From assembly GCA_001873435.1 (NCBI GenBank), contig MNZB01000001.1, positions 15,573 to 79,572 of the forward strand: 64,000 nucleotides of DNA, read 5' to 3'. Of the stretch, positions 12,680 to 22,812 are shown one piece after another. The notes under the pieces were generated by a model, which searched no databases, had not been told where the DNA came from, and was given only the letters and a program-made list of their open reading frames with translations. Within the stretch, counting starts at the first letter, position 1. Each line of letters opens with the position of its first letter. The translations under genes and the position numbers were made by a program. Origin of the DNA: Candidatus Pacebacteria bacterium CG2_30_36_39 (GTDB lineage: Bacteria; Patescibacteriota; Microgenomatia; UBA1400; PJMF01).

Positions 12680-13174
12680 ATGAAAAAAACGATTTATTCA
12701 GTTACTAATTTCTTACATTGTGGAGATGATTATCTATTTATTCATCGGACAAAGAGACAAAATAAAACTGATGGAAATAGACTAAACGGCATTGGTGGGA
12801 AACTTGAGCCAGGGGAAAATTTTTTACAAGCTGCTATTCGTGAAACTGCAGAAGAAACTGGTTACAAAGTTACAGAAGATAATATTAAATTAGCTGGTGT
12901 TGTTCGTATGCAGGGTGGCTATCCAGACGATTGGATGATGTGTTTCTTTAAAATTTCAGTACCTAATAAAGAAGTACCATTTGGTTTAGATAATGATGAG
13001 GGAGAGTTGGTTTGGTTGCCAAAAGATAAAGTATTGAATAGTGGTTATGAACTAGTAGATGATCTTAATTATTGTTTCAAAGATGTTGCTAACGAAAAGA
13101 TTCCCTTTATTGTTCATGCAGAGATTAATGAACAAGAGAAAGTTGCTGATTGGAATGTTAGTTATTTATTTTAA
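12680..13174 (+). CDS. NUDIX hydrolase (MutT/MTH1-like)
   Basis: Nudix box GGKLEPGENFLQAAIRETAEETG; directly follows mutM. Confidence 0.88.
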   Translation: MKKTIYSVTNFLHCGDDYLFIHRTKRQNKTDGNRLNGIGGKLEPGENFLQAAIRETAEETGYKVTEDNIKLAGVVRMQGGYPDDWMMCFFKISVPNKEVPFGLDNDEGELVWLPKDKVLNSGYELVDDLNYCFKDVANEKIPFIVHAEINEQEKVADWNVSYLF

Positions 13175-13176
13175 AA

Positions 13177-14109
13177 TTAAAGATATTTTTTCAAAGTGGT
13201 AACTGATTTTTCTAGCATTTGTTTTTCTTCCCAAGAGAGTTTGATTTCAATGGACTGCTCTACTCCATTGCGTCCAATGACGCATGGCACGCTTAATGAA
13301 ACTCCATGATAACCATAAAATCCATGAAGTGGAATAGAAACTGGAAATATTTTTTTACTATCAGTTAAAATATTTTCTACTAATTTTGCTGTAGCAGTAG
13401 CAATAGCATAGTAAGTAGCACCCTTTGCCTCAATAATTTTATAAGCAGCGTCGCGGGTTTTTTTATAACAAGCTTGAACTTTTTCTTCCGTAAAATCAGG
13501 CATTGAAAGCAAGCTTTGTCCACCGACTGTTGCTCCAGCAATCGCTGGAAAAGAAGTGTCTCCATGTTCGCCTAAAATATAGGCATGGATGCTTTTTGGA
13601 TTTACTTTCAATTCTTCTGATAAATGAAATCTGAAGCGCGAGGTATCAAGTGTTGTACCAGAACCAAAAATTCTACCCTTTGGTAATCCAGCAATTTTAT
13701 ATGCTTCATAAGTTAGAATATCAACTGGGTTGGCAACAATAATGATAATGGCATTGGGAGCATATTTTACAATTTTGGGAATAGCATCATGAATAATTGC
13801 CTTATTTTTATCAACCAAATCTAATCTAGTTTCTCCAGGTTTTTGTGCAGCACCAGCAGTAAAAATTACTACGTCGCTATCTTTTAGATCTTCATAAGAC
13901 TCAGTAGCAGTAATAGTGATGTGCTTGAGAAAAGACATGCCGTGCTCAAGATCAAGTTTTTCTCCCTCTGCTTTTTCTTTGCATCTGCTCATCAACATGA
14001 GTTCATTGGGGATGCCTTGTTGGACTAAAGCAAAAGCAGTTGACATGCCTACTTTTCCACAGCCAATAATAGCGACTTTGTTTTTATCAAATTTTAAAAA
14101 TTTAGGCAT
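13177..14109 (-). CDS. ldh: L-lactate dehydrogenase
   Basis: GCGKVG Rossmann motif, QKPGETRLDL (Q indicates LDH rather than MDH), GEHGDT, KGATYY. Confidence 0.92.
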   Translation of the reverse strand: MPKFLKFDKNKVAIIGCGKVGMSTAFALVQQGIPNELMLMSRCKEKAEGEKLDLEHGMSFLKHITITATESYEDLKDSDVVIFTAGAAQKPGETRLDLVDKNKAIIHDAIPKIVKYAPNAIIIIVANPVDILTYEAYKIAGLPKGRIFGSGTTLDTSRFRFHLSEELKVNPKSIHAYILGEHGDTSFPAIAGATVGGQSLLSMPDFTEEKVQACYKKTRDAAYKIIEAKGATYYAIATATAKLVENILTDSKKIFPVSIPLHGFYGYHGVSLSVPCVIGRNGVEQSIEIKLSWEEKQMLEKSVTTLKKYL

Positions 14110-15079
14110 GTTTCCATTCTATTACTTGTTTTATTGTTTGCTCAATGGCCGTGTTATCTAAGTTATGTTTTTGCCAGAGCTCTCTCATTGCTCCTGATTC
14201 ACCAAAAGTATCTTTGAGACCCAATGCTAGGTGAGGTAAACCAATTAATTTGCTTCCTTCTTTATCTTGAGCTAGCGCTTCAATAACAGCAGAATAAACC
14301 CCACCAATTATTTGATGTTCTTCAATAGTGATAAAAGCTTTGGTCTTTTGCAACGAATTTATAATTGTTTCGGTATCTATTGGTTTTATGGTATGAAGAT
14401 TAATAATTTCAACAGAAAAATTATTTTGTAAATTTTGTTGTGCAGTGATTACTTCGGTTAGAATTGGTCCATTACCGATGATTGTCAGGTCTGTTCCTTC
14501 TTTGATAATATTAGCTTTTCCTATTTCAAAATTAGTATTTTTAGTAAATTCTGGTAGTTTTTCTCTAGTCAATCTAAGATAGGCTGGTTTTTTGAGAGCA
14601 ACTAATGCATGTACTGCTTTTTTTGTTTCTGCAAAATCACCAGGAGCTATAACTATCATATTTGGTAATACTCTCATTAGAGCTAAATCTTCCAGTCCTT
14701 GCTGAGTATAGCCATCCTCACCAACATTTAAACCGGTGTGTCCGCCAACAATTATTACTGGTAGATTTGAATAACAAATAGAATCACGAATTTGTTCCCA
14801 GGTTCTTCCTGGACTAAAAACAGCAAAGCTAGCTGCAAAAGGTAGTTTTCCAACAATAGCCAGTCCTGCAGCAACTCCAACCATATTTTGTTCAGCTATG
14901 CCAACTTGAACAAAACGTTCCGGATAGGTTTGAGCAAATTTTTCTAAACGCATTGATTCTGTTAAATCAGCACATAAAGCCATGACTTCTGGATTAGTTG
15001 TCGCTACTTCCAGCATAGCTTCACCAAAGCCATCGCGGGTGCTTTTAAGGTTTAACTCTTGGCTTTTTGTTTTTGTCAT
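14102..15079 (-). CDS. Transketolase, C-terminal (pyrimidine-binding) subunit
   Basis: GIAEQNMVG, GEDGYTQQ, YLRL motifs; paired with the N-terminal subunit. Confidence 0.92.
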   Translation of the reverse strand: MTKTKSQELNLKSTRDGFGEAMLEVATTNPEVMALCADLTESMRLEKFAQTYPERFVQVGIAEQNMVGVAAGLAIVGKLPFAASFAVFSPGRTWEQIRDSICYSNLPVIIVGGHTGLNVGEDGYTQQGLEDLALMRVLPNMIVIAPGDFAETKKAVHALVALKKPAYLRLTREKLPEFTKNTNFEIGKANIIKEGTDLTIIGNGPILTEVITAQQNLQNNFSVEIINLHTIKPIDTETIINSLQKTKAFITIEEHQIIGGVYSAVIEALAQDKEGSKLIGLPHLALGLKDTFGESGAMRELWQKHNLDNTAIEQTIKQVIEWKHA

Positions 15080-15909
15080 GACTCATTTATTTCTGTCAGT
15101 GCTTTAATTGTTTCTTCTTTATTTGGTGCTTTTCCATGCCATTCTGGATTGTTTTCCATAAAAGACACGCCCTTACCGGCAATTGTTTGGCAAAGAATTA
15201 CACTTGGATTATCATTGGATAAGTCTTGAGTAAAAGCCTTATTTAATTCAATGAAGTTATGACCATTGGTTTTGATTGCATTCCAGCCAAAATCAGCAAT
15301 TTTTTCAAAGAAAGGATGCATCGGCATGACTTGATCAGTATGACCTGATATCTGGATTTTATTTACATCAACAATAATTGAAAGATTTCCAAGGTGGTAT
15401 TTATTGGCTAATAATAGGGCTTCCCAGGTTTGTCCTTCTTGAAACTCTCCATCACTCATGAGGCAAAATACATGATTGGGTTTATGGTCCGCTTTTAAGC
15501 CTATTGCTAGTCCTACAGCTTGAGATATTCCTTGAGCTAATGAACCAGCTGAAATTTCTACCCCAGGTACCAATTGTCTCTGTGGATGTCCTTGTAAGCG
15601 ACTTCCTAGTTTACGGAGTTGGACCAACTCTTCAATCGGAAAATAACCTGCTTCTGCCAATACTGCATAAAGTGCCGGACAATGGTGACCGCTTGATAGG
15701 AGTACATAGTCTCTATCTGGCCATTGTGGATTTTGTGGTTGATGTTTGGCAAGGTAAAAATAGATAAAAACCATTATTTCAGCCCAGCTAAGTGAACCAG
15801 CAGAATGACCACTACCAGCGTGGTAGAGCATTTTAATTATATTGCTACGGACGTTTTTTGTGATTTCAGTCAAACGATGAATATCATTTGGAGTAAGTTG
15901 GGCAGACAT
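15076..15909 (-). CDS. Transketolase, N-terminal (TPP-binding) subunit
   Basis: GSGHSAGSLS, LQGHP, SDGEFQEG TPP motif, WHGK. Confidence 0.92.
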   Translation of the reverse strand: MSAQLTPNDIHRLTEITKNVRSNIIKMLYHAGSGHSAGSLSWAEIMVFIYFYLAKHQPQNPQWPDRDYVLLSSGHHCPALYAVLAEAGYFPIEELVQLRKLGSRLQGHPQRQLVPGVEISAGSLAQGISQAVGLAIGLKADHKPNHVFCLMSDGEFQEGQTWEALLLANKYHLGNLSIIVDVNKIQISGHTDQVMPMHPFFEKIADFGWNAIKTNGHNFIELNKAFTQDLSNDNPSVILCQTIAGKGVSFMENNPEWHGKAPNKEETIKALTEINES

Positions 15910-15954
15910 ATATTCCTGCCTCTAGTCTAGCAGAATTTAAAGATAGCGAGAAGC

Positions 15955-18900
15955 TTATTTCAATAGTTCAGCTACTTTTTCTTCTAGAGTCTTATTCCAC
16001 TCTACTCCATACGGTAGTTTCATTCTTTCTGGTTTGCCACCGTTGGGAATGATAATGACAATATTGGTTTTCCCTGGGTTGGCTTTGAGTAGTTTTCCTA
16101 GTTTTTGTAGTGTTTCTTTACTAGTTTTTCTGGGAATAAAGATTTCTTGAGCCAAAGTATCTGTGGCAAATTCAACTTCTTCCTCTTTTGGAACAGTAAC
16201 TTTTTCTGCAATTAATTTAACTTCATCTTCTTGTACTTCAACTTTTGCTTTAACCAAAATTACTCGGTCTTGAACGATGTAATCTTTGGCAGCTTCAAAA
16301 ACCTTTGGGAAGAAAACCACTTCTACTGTGCCAGAACTATCTTGGAGATTACCAAAAGCCATTTCAGCTCCAGTCTTTTTAGTTCTAACAATTTTTGTTC
16401 TAGTTAAAATACCACCAAATAGAAATATTTGGCCTTTATGTAGTAATTGATCGATATCGGCAATATTTTTATTAGATCTGCTTTGTACGGCTTCTAATTG
16501 ATTTGCTAAAGGATGGCTAGTCAAATACATGCCCAACAATTCTTTTTCAAAAGATAATAATTCTTGAAGTGGATATTCTGGAATAATAGTAAAAGTATCT
16601 TCAATATTTGTTGTAGAAGTTGTGGCAACATCTGTAAAAAGATTGTCTTGGCCATCTACTTCAGATTGAAATTGAGTAGCTGTTTGACGAATGTCTTCAA
16701 GATTTTCTAGCATACTGGCTCTAGTGCCAAAACCATCCATAGTGCCAACTTTAACTAAGCTCTCAATTACTTTTTTATTAACTTTTCTACCATCTGTTTT
16801 ATATAAGAATTCTGTAAAAGAATGAAAATCTTTCTTATTTGCTTTTCTAGTTTCCAGAATATTTTCAATAGCAGCTGTGCCAACATTTTTAATTGAAGTT
16901 AAACTAAAACGAATGGCTTTTTTTTGTAAAGAATTTTCATTTGTTTCAATAGTAAAAGTATCATCTGACTTATTAATATCTGGAGGTAAAACAATAATAC
17001 CCATCTCTTTGCAGGTTGCTGTGGCAAGGTTGACTTTTTCATCACTTGTCATTGAATGAGAGTTTGTTTCTACTGTCATTAAGGCAGCCATATATTCGAC
17101 TGGATAATTAGCTTTTAGGTAAGCAGTTTGATATGAGATCATGGCATAACTTGCAGCATGGGATTTGTTAAAACCATAGTTAGCAAAGGCCTCAATGAAG
17201 CTCCAGACTTTCTCTGCCACTTCTTTTTTATAACCTTTTTTAACTGATTCAGTAATAAAACGATTTTTGTTTTTATCTAGAATTTTTTTCTTTTTCTTGC
17301 CAATAGCACGACGAAGCATGTCTGCTTCTCCAAGAGAATAGCCGGCCATGTGATGTACAATTTCTAAAACCTGCTCTTGGTAAACCATGATGCCATAGGT
17401 TTCGCCCAAAATAGGTTTGAGTGACTCATCTGGATAAGCAACTTTTTCTGGATTGTGTTTTCCTTCAATAAAACGTGGAATAAGATCCATAGGACCAGGT
17501 CGGTAAAGCGCCAACATAGCTGTAATATCTGAAAATTGAGAAGGTTGTAGGTTTTTTGCCACTCTTCTCATACCACCAGATTCTAATTGGAAAACACCAG
17601 AAGTTTCTCCAGAAGAAAGTAATTCATAAGTTTTTTTATCATCTAAAGGTAGAGTATCTAGATCTATCTCTATTTTTTGATATTTTCTTATTAAATTAAC
17701 TGCTGTTTGTAGGGTTGATAGATTTCTCAAACCCAAGAAGTCAAATTTTAGTAAGCCAATGGCATTGTCGTCAACATTACAGTCCAAAGAATACATATCA
17801 TATTGAGTAATCATTTTGCCGCTACGACCATCTCTTTGAATTGGGGTGTATTCTGAAAGAGCTTTATCAGCAATGATGACAGCTGCGGCGTGAACGCTAC
17901 TATGACGAATGGTACCTTCAACTTTTTGTGCCAAGTCTAGTAGTTTTTTAAACTTTGGTTGTTTGTAATATTCTCCTAATTCTGGAACATTTTTTATTGC
18001 ATCAGCTAGGCTGGTTTTTTTACCAGGATCGTTTGGAATCAATTTAGCTATTTTATCTGGGTCTTCATATGGTAAACCAAGGACGCGTCCAATATCTCTA
18101 ATCGCGACTCTAGCCTCCATTTTTCCAAAGGTAATCACATGTCCAACATGGTCATGGCCATATGTTTTTGAAGCATATTCAATAACTTCTTCTCTACGAT
18201 CATCAGCAAAATCAATATCAATATCAGGAGGTGTCGGACGTTCTGGATTTAAAAATCTTTCAAAAGGTAGACCATGCTCCATTGGATCTAGAGTGGTAAT
18301 GTTGAGACAAAATGATACTAATGAGCCAGCGGCTGATCCACGGCCTGGACCAACGCCTATGCCATTATTTTTTGCCCAGTTTACAAAATCTTGAGTAATC
18401 AAAAAGTAGGTTGGATAGCCTTTATCATTAATAATACCCATTTCATATTCTGCTCTTTCTTTGAGGGCTGGAGTAATTTCTTTAAATTTTTTCTCCATTC
18501 CTTTGTAAACCATTTTCTTTAACCAAGTTTCTGCTGTTTCACCTTTGGGTAATGGATACTTTGGAAAGATAAGTTGACCAGTGGGAATCTTAACATTACA
18601 GCGTTCAGCTATTTTGAGAGTGTTTTCAATCGCTTCTGGATATTCAGCAAAAAGATTTTTCATTTCATCACCAGATTTCAAATAGAAATCAGGATTGTCC
18701 TTCATTTTCATCCGTTTTTCATCAGAAATTAATTTGCGTGTCTGTACACAAATTAAAGCATCCTGTGCATCAACCTCATCTTTTTCGATGTAATGAACGT
18801 CATTGGTGGCAACTAGATCCAACTTTAGTTTACGAGCTATGGCCACTAATTTTTTATTTAAATCTTTTAATTCTGGAATAGATGGATGGTTTTGTAGTTC

Positions 18901-19419
18901 GACATAGAGTCGATCGCCAAAAATTTTTTGATATTTTTTAAATTTTTCCAAAGCTTCTTCGTCTTTGTTGTTGCGCAGTAGTCTATTAAAAGGACTATTC
19001 ATACAACCACTTAGTACAATGAGTCCTTCGCTATATTTTTCCAAAGTTTCTTCATCAATACGAGGCTTATACGAAAATCCTTCCAGATTGGCAATTGAGA
19101 CTAATCTCATTAAGTTTCTATAGCCTTCAAAATTTTCAGCCAAGACAGTTAAATGAGCCTGATCATCTCCAGGTTTAATTTGCTTGTCATGAAGAGAATT
19201 TTTGGCTATATACAATTCACAGCCAATAATAGGTTTAATTTCAGCCTCTCTGCAGGCATTGTAAAAAGAAATAGCGCCGTACATGCCACCATGATCTGTC
19301 ATGGCAACAGCAGTTTGTCCTAGATCTTTAACTTTTTTAATTAATTTGGGAACTTTAGCCAAGCCATCCAACATGGAATACTCAGTGTGAACGTGAAGAT
19401 GAACAAAATCTGCCGACAT
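15955..19419 (-). CDS. dnaE: DNA polymerase III subunit alpha
   Basis: PHP domain HLHVHTEYSMLDG, GRGSAAGS, PDIDIDF, YGFNKSH. Confidence 0.98.
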   Translation of the reverse strand: MSADFVHLHVHTEYSMLDGLAKVPKLIKKVKDLGQTAVAMTDHGGMYGAISFYNACREAEIKPIIGCELYIAKNSLHDKQIKPGDDQAHLTVLAENFEGYRNLMRLVSIANLEGFSYKPRIDEETLEKYSEGLIVLSGCMNSPFNRLLRNNKDEEALEKFKKYQKIFGDRLYVELQNHPSIPELKDLNKKLVAIARKLKLDLVATNDVHYIEKDEVDAQDALICVQTRKLISDEKRMKMKDNPDFYLKSGDEMKNLFAEYPEAIENTLKIAERCNVKIPTGQLIFPKYPLPKGETAETWLKKMVYKGMEKKFKEITPALKERAEYEMGIINDKGYPTYFLITQDFVNWAKNNGIGVGPGRGSAAGSLVSFCLNITTLDPMEHGLPFERFLNPERPTPPDIDIDFADDRREEVIEYASKTYGHDHVGHVITFGKMEARVAIRDIGRVLGLPYEDPDKIAKLIPNDPGKKTSLADAIKNVPELGEYYKQPKFKKLLDLAQKVEGTIRHSSVHAAAVIIADKALSEYTPIQRDGRSGKMITQYDMYSLDCNVDDNAIGLLKFDFLGLRNLSTLQTAVNLIRKYQKIEIDLDTLPLDDKKTYELLSSGETSGVFQLESGGMRRVAKNLQPSQFSDITAMLALYRPGPMDLIPRFIEGKHNPEKVAYPDESLKPILGETYGIMVYQEQVLEIVHHMAGYSLGEADMLRRAIGKKKKKILDKNKNRFITESVKKGYKKEVAEKVWSFIEAFANYGFNKSHAASYAMISYQTAYLKANYPVEYMAALMTVETNSHSMTSDEKVNLATATCKEMGIIVLPPDINKSDDTFTIETNENSLQKKAIRFSLTSIKNVGTAAIENILETRKANKKDFHSFTEFLYKTDGRKVNKKVIESLVKVGTMDGFGTRASMLENLEDIRQTATQFQSEVDGQDNLFTDVATTSTTNIEDTFTIIPEYPLQELLSFEKELLGMYLTSHPLANQLEAVQSRSNKNIADIDQLLHKGQIFLFGGILTRTKIVRTKKTGAEMAFGNLQDSSGTVEVVFFPKVFEAAKDYIVQDRVILVKAKVEVQEDEVKLIAEKVTVPKEEEVEFATDTLAQEIFIPRKTSKETLQKLGKLLKANPGKTNIVIIIPNGGKPERMKLPYGVEWNKTLEEKVAELLK

Positions 19420-19447
19420 GACTTCTTGCAATATCCCATAGCCTCAG

Positions 19448-20791
19448 TTAGCTTTCAAGAGCTGCTTGGAGTGTTTGTCTTATTAACTGAGGATCAACTT
19501 TTTTACCTAAACTACGTAACATTTGTCCCATTAAAAAGCCAAAAACTTGTTTTTGACCTGTTTGGTATTTTTGAACAGCATCTTGGTTTTCTGCCAAAAC
19601 CTGTTTTATGGTGGTTGCTAATAGTTCGTCACCAACTTCTTCTGTTTTATGGGCAGCTCTAAATTTTTCTATTACTGAACTTGGTTCTTCAAAATCTTTG
19701 ACTTCAATTTTTTTGTTAATGTAGTCATTGATGAAGCTGGTAATGTTTAGTTTGTTTTCTTTTAATAAATTTAAGATTTTTTCTAACCAACTAATTAGTT
19801 TTGCATCATCTACCATAGCTAGTTCTTCTGCTTTGTTGGGTTGAATAGAAAACTCTTTAGTCCAGCGAGTCGTAACTTCATTGGTTAGTTCTGGTAGAGT
19901 TTTTTTAATTTCTGCCAAATATTCTTTGCTGAAATGAAATGGGGGTAAATCTGGATCTGGAAAATAGCGATAGTCTTCTGCTTCTTCTTTTATGCGTTGT
20001 GAGAAGGTTTCATTTTTTTGTGAATTCCAACCTCTTGTTTCTTGAACTGGGGTTTTGCCTGTTTCTAGAATTTCCGCTTGTCTAGTCAATTCATAGTCAA
20101 TAGCAGCTTCCATAAAACGGAATGAGTTAATGTTTTTAATTTCTACTTTGTAATTAGGTAGTTCTGTTTCACCTTTTTTGCGTAAAGAAATATTTGCTTC
20201 CAAACGCATACCACCTTGTTCCATGTCACAGTCGGCTATATCTAGAAAGCGTAAAATATGACGAAGTTTTTTACCATATTCCTTTGCTTGAGTGCCGCTT
20301 TTAATATCTGGTTCAGTTACAACTTCAACCAAAGGTACGCCGCCACGATTGAAATCAATGAGACTTACTTTTTTTCCTTCAATGGAGGTGTGCATTAATT
20401 TGCCAGTATCTTCTTCTAGATGAATACGACGAAGCCTAACCTTACCCATTGGTGTTTCAATTATGCCGTTATAGCAAAAAGGTAAATCATATTGGCTAAT
20501 CTGATAGCCTTTGGCTAGATCTGGGTAGAAATAGTGTTTACGATCAAATTTAGAAAATTCATTAATTGAACAACCAGTGGCATAGCCCAGTTTAATCGTC
20601 CATTCAATAGCCCTTTTATTTGCAACAGGAATTCCCCCTGGCATACCCAGACAAACTGGGCATGTATAGATATTTGGTTTATCTGCACCAAAAGGATCGT
20701 TGTTGCAACCACAAAACATTTTAGAAGTAGTTTTTAATTCCGCATGTACTTCTAAGCCAATGACGGCTTCATAAGTTTCTTGCCATTTCAT
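19448..20791 (-). CDS. gatB: Asp-tRNA(Asn)/Glu-tRNA(Gln) amidotransferase subunit B
   Basis: IGLEVHAEL, FDRKHYFYPD, HLEEDTGK, DYRYFPDPDLP; ATGA overlap with the gatA stop. Confidence 0.97.
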   Translation of the reverse strand: MKWQETYEAVIGLEVHAELKTTSKMFCGCNNDPFGADKPNIYTCPVCLGMPGGIPVANKRAIEWTIKLGYATGCSINEFSKFDRKHYFYPDLAKGYQISQYDLPFCYNGIIETPMGKVRLRRIHLEEDTGKLMHTSIEGKKVSLIDFNRGGVPLVEVVTEPDIKSGTQAKEYGKKLRHILRFLDIADCDMEQGGMRLEANISLRKKGETELPNYKVEIKNINSFRFMEAAIDYELTRQAEILETGKTPVQETRGWNSQKNETFSQRIKEEAEDYRYFPDPDLPPFHFSKEYLAEIKKTLPELTNEVTTRWTKEFSIQPNKAEELAMVDDAKLISWLEKILNLLKENKLNITSFINDYINKKIEVKDFEEPSSVIEKFRAAHKTEEVGDELLATTIKQVLAENQDAVQKYQTGQKQVFGFLMGQMLRSLGKKVDPQLIRQTLQAALES

Positions 20792-22170
20792 GATTGAGTC
20801 CTCCAAGAGTTCCAAGCAGTATTTTTTTCAAAGGCATCACCTACTTGAATGACTAGATCTTCACGCCACATTGGAGCGATGATATCCATGCCTAGGAATA
20901 GATTGGTTTTTTCGTCACGATAATATGGAACGTTGAGTCCTGGTAATCCAGCAACTGAACTGGCTTCCACCAACATGTCTTCGAGTTCTCCGAACATAGC
21001 TTGACCTTCAGTGACGCCAATTTTTTTAGCAAATCCTGGTGAAGTTGGAGCAATTAATACATCATAGGTATTAAAAAGTTTTTTGAGATCTTCAATAAAG
21101 AGGGTTCTGACTTTTTGTGCTAGCTCGTAATATTTTTCTGCATAACCCTTACTTAGGGTGTAAGTGCCTAACATTTGGCGACGTTTTGCTTCATCGCTAA
21201 AATATGAACGATCATTGCCGTAGCGAACTCCATCATAACGAGCTAAGTTACTGCTAACTTCTCCTCTTTGTACTACAGTGTAGACGCCAATAGCATAGTG
21301 CGGGTCCATAGCGGTGGTTTTTTCAACTGTAGCTCCAAGATTTTCTAGAACTTTAAGTTGTTCCATGAGTTTTTCATTAGCAAATTCAGCTCCAGTAATG
21401 TCGTGGTAAATAACACCAATTTTTAGACCTTTGACTGGAGTGTTTAGGGTTTGGGTAAAGTCAGGGGTGGTTTGAGCAGTGCTAGTGCCGTCCAGTGGAT
21501 CATGACCAGCAATTTGGTTTAATAAAATAGCTGCGTCTTCTACGGTTTTAGTGATTGGGCCAGGGCTATCTGTAGATGAGGCCATAGCTGCTACTCCATA
21601 GCGACTAACTCTGCCATAAGTTGGCTTGAGTCCTACTACGCCACACCAAGCAGCTGGTTGACGAATTGAGCCGGCTGTTTCTGTTCCAAGAGCTGTAATG
21701 GCTAGATCTGCGGCGACTGCCGCAGCACTACCGCCAGAAGATCCTCCCGGGAGATGCTCGGTGTTACGAGGATTTAAAGTCCGACCATAGTCACTAGTTT
21801 CTGTTGATGAGCCATGAGCCCAGGCATCCATGTTGGTTTTACCAATCATGACTCCACCTGCATTTTTGAGTTTTTTAATGACAGTGGCATCAAATTGGGG
21901 TTTGAATTTATCTAAGACTTTGGCTGAGGCTGTGGTACGAAAATCACGAGTGCAATAGTTGTCTTTGATGGCAATTGGAGCGCCGGCTAGCGGTGTATTT
22001 AATAGTTTTTCGGCTTGGTCTAGAGCTTGGTTGTTGAGAGTGAGATAGATATTGAGTGATTTATTTTTTTCCTCAATATTTTTTTGGACATCTGCATAGA
22101 GTTCTCGATGTGAGAACTTTTTGTTTTTTAATCCCTCAATGGTTTGAGCTAAAGTTAGCTTATTTAACAT
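20788..22170 (-). CDS. gatA: Asp-tRNA(Asn)/Glu-tRNA(Gln) amidotransferase subunit A
   Basis: Amidase signature PGGSSGGSAAAVA, GSIRQPA, SSNLARYDG. Confidence 0.97.
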   Translation of the reverse strand: MLNKLTLAQTIEGLKNKKFSHRELYADVQKNIEEKNKSLNIYLTLNNQALDQAEKLLNTPLAGAPIAIKDNYCTRDFRTTASAKVLDKFKPQFDATVIKKLKNAGGVMIGKTNMDAWAHGSSTETSDYGRTLNPRNTEHLPGGSSGGSAAAVAADLAITALGTETAGSIRQPAAWCGVVGLKPTYGRVSRYGVAAMASSTDSPGPITKTVEDAAILLNQIAGHDPLDGTSTAQTTPDFTQTLNTPVKGLKIGVIYHDITGAEFANEKLMEQLKVLENLGATVEKTTAMDPHYAIGVYTVVQRGEVSSNLARYDGVRYGNDRSYFSDEAKRRQMLGTYTLSKGYAEKYYELAQKVRTLFIEDLKKLFNTYDVLIAPTSPGFAKKIGVTEGQAMFGELEDMLVEASSVAGLPGLNVPYYRDEKTNLFLGMDIIAPMWREDLVIQVGDAFEKNTAWNSWRTQS

Positions 22171-22177
22171 TAATTGC

Positions 22178-22453
22178 TTATCCTAAAGATTTTTCTATTT
22201 TTGTAGCTTCTTTAATTTTTTTCTGATTTTTTAAGAAAGCTGAGGCTGAATAAATTAGACCTGATAAAAACAACACAACATAAATGAGACCAATGGTTAT
22301 GGAGAATTTTTTGGAAAATCCTGTCATGTTGAGAAAAATGAAAATGCTAAAGATTATGAACTGAAGTAATATAGCTTCCAGAGCAGTGGCCATTCTTTCT
22401 TTACGAGCTTGGTCTAAAAGAAATTTTTTATCTTCCATGGTTAGGCTAGGCAT
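22178..22453 (-). CDS. Small two-TM hypothetical membrane protein inside the gatCAB operon
   Basis: ORF fills the gap between gatC and gatA; two hydrophobic segments. Confidence 0.6.
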   Translation of the reverse strand: MPSLTMEDKKFLLDQARKERMATALEAILLQFIIFSIFIFLNMTGFSKKFSITIGLIYVVLFLSGLIYSASAFLKNQKKIKEATKIEKSLG

Positions 22454-22757
22454 CTTTTTCCTCTAAAATTCTTGATACAACAAAAAATCCATTATGGGTT
22501 TGAGCGGCGTTTGCCAGTGCTTCTTGTTGAGTAAAAATTGTGTTGGGGTTAATAGTGTCTTCACGCCAAACATTTTCTAAGCCAGTTACCTGGTGAGCGG
22601 TTGGTACGTTTTTTACATCCAACTTATTTAATTCATCAATGACGTCTAGGGTTTCAGAAAATCCGGCAGCTAATTTTTCTTGTTCGACTTGAGTAACTGG
22701 AATATTAGCTAATTTAGCAATGTGGGCAACAATTTGTGGTGTCACAGAGTTTTTCAT
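22446..22757 (-). CDS. gatC: Asp-tRNA(Asn)/Glu-tRNA(Gln) amidotransferase subunit C
   Basis: VAHIAKLANI, NVWRED, ALANA..THNGFFVV; start reassigned to ATG 22757 with TATACT upstream. Confidence 0.9.
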   Translation of the reverse strand: MKNSVTPQIVAHIAKLANIPVTQVEQEKLAAGFSETLDVIDELNKLDVKNVPTAHQVTGLENVWREDTINPNTIFTQQEALANAAQTHNGFFVVSRILEEKDA

Positions 22758-22812
22758 TTCGTCTGGGAGTATAGCAGAATTCAGAGGTGTTTTCAGAAGG
22801 AAAAATGAGATT

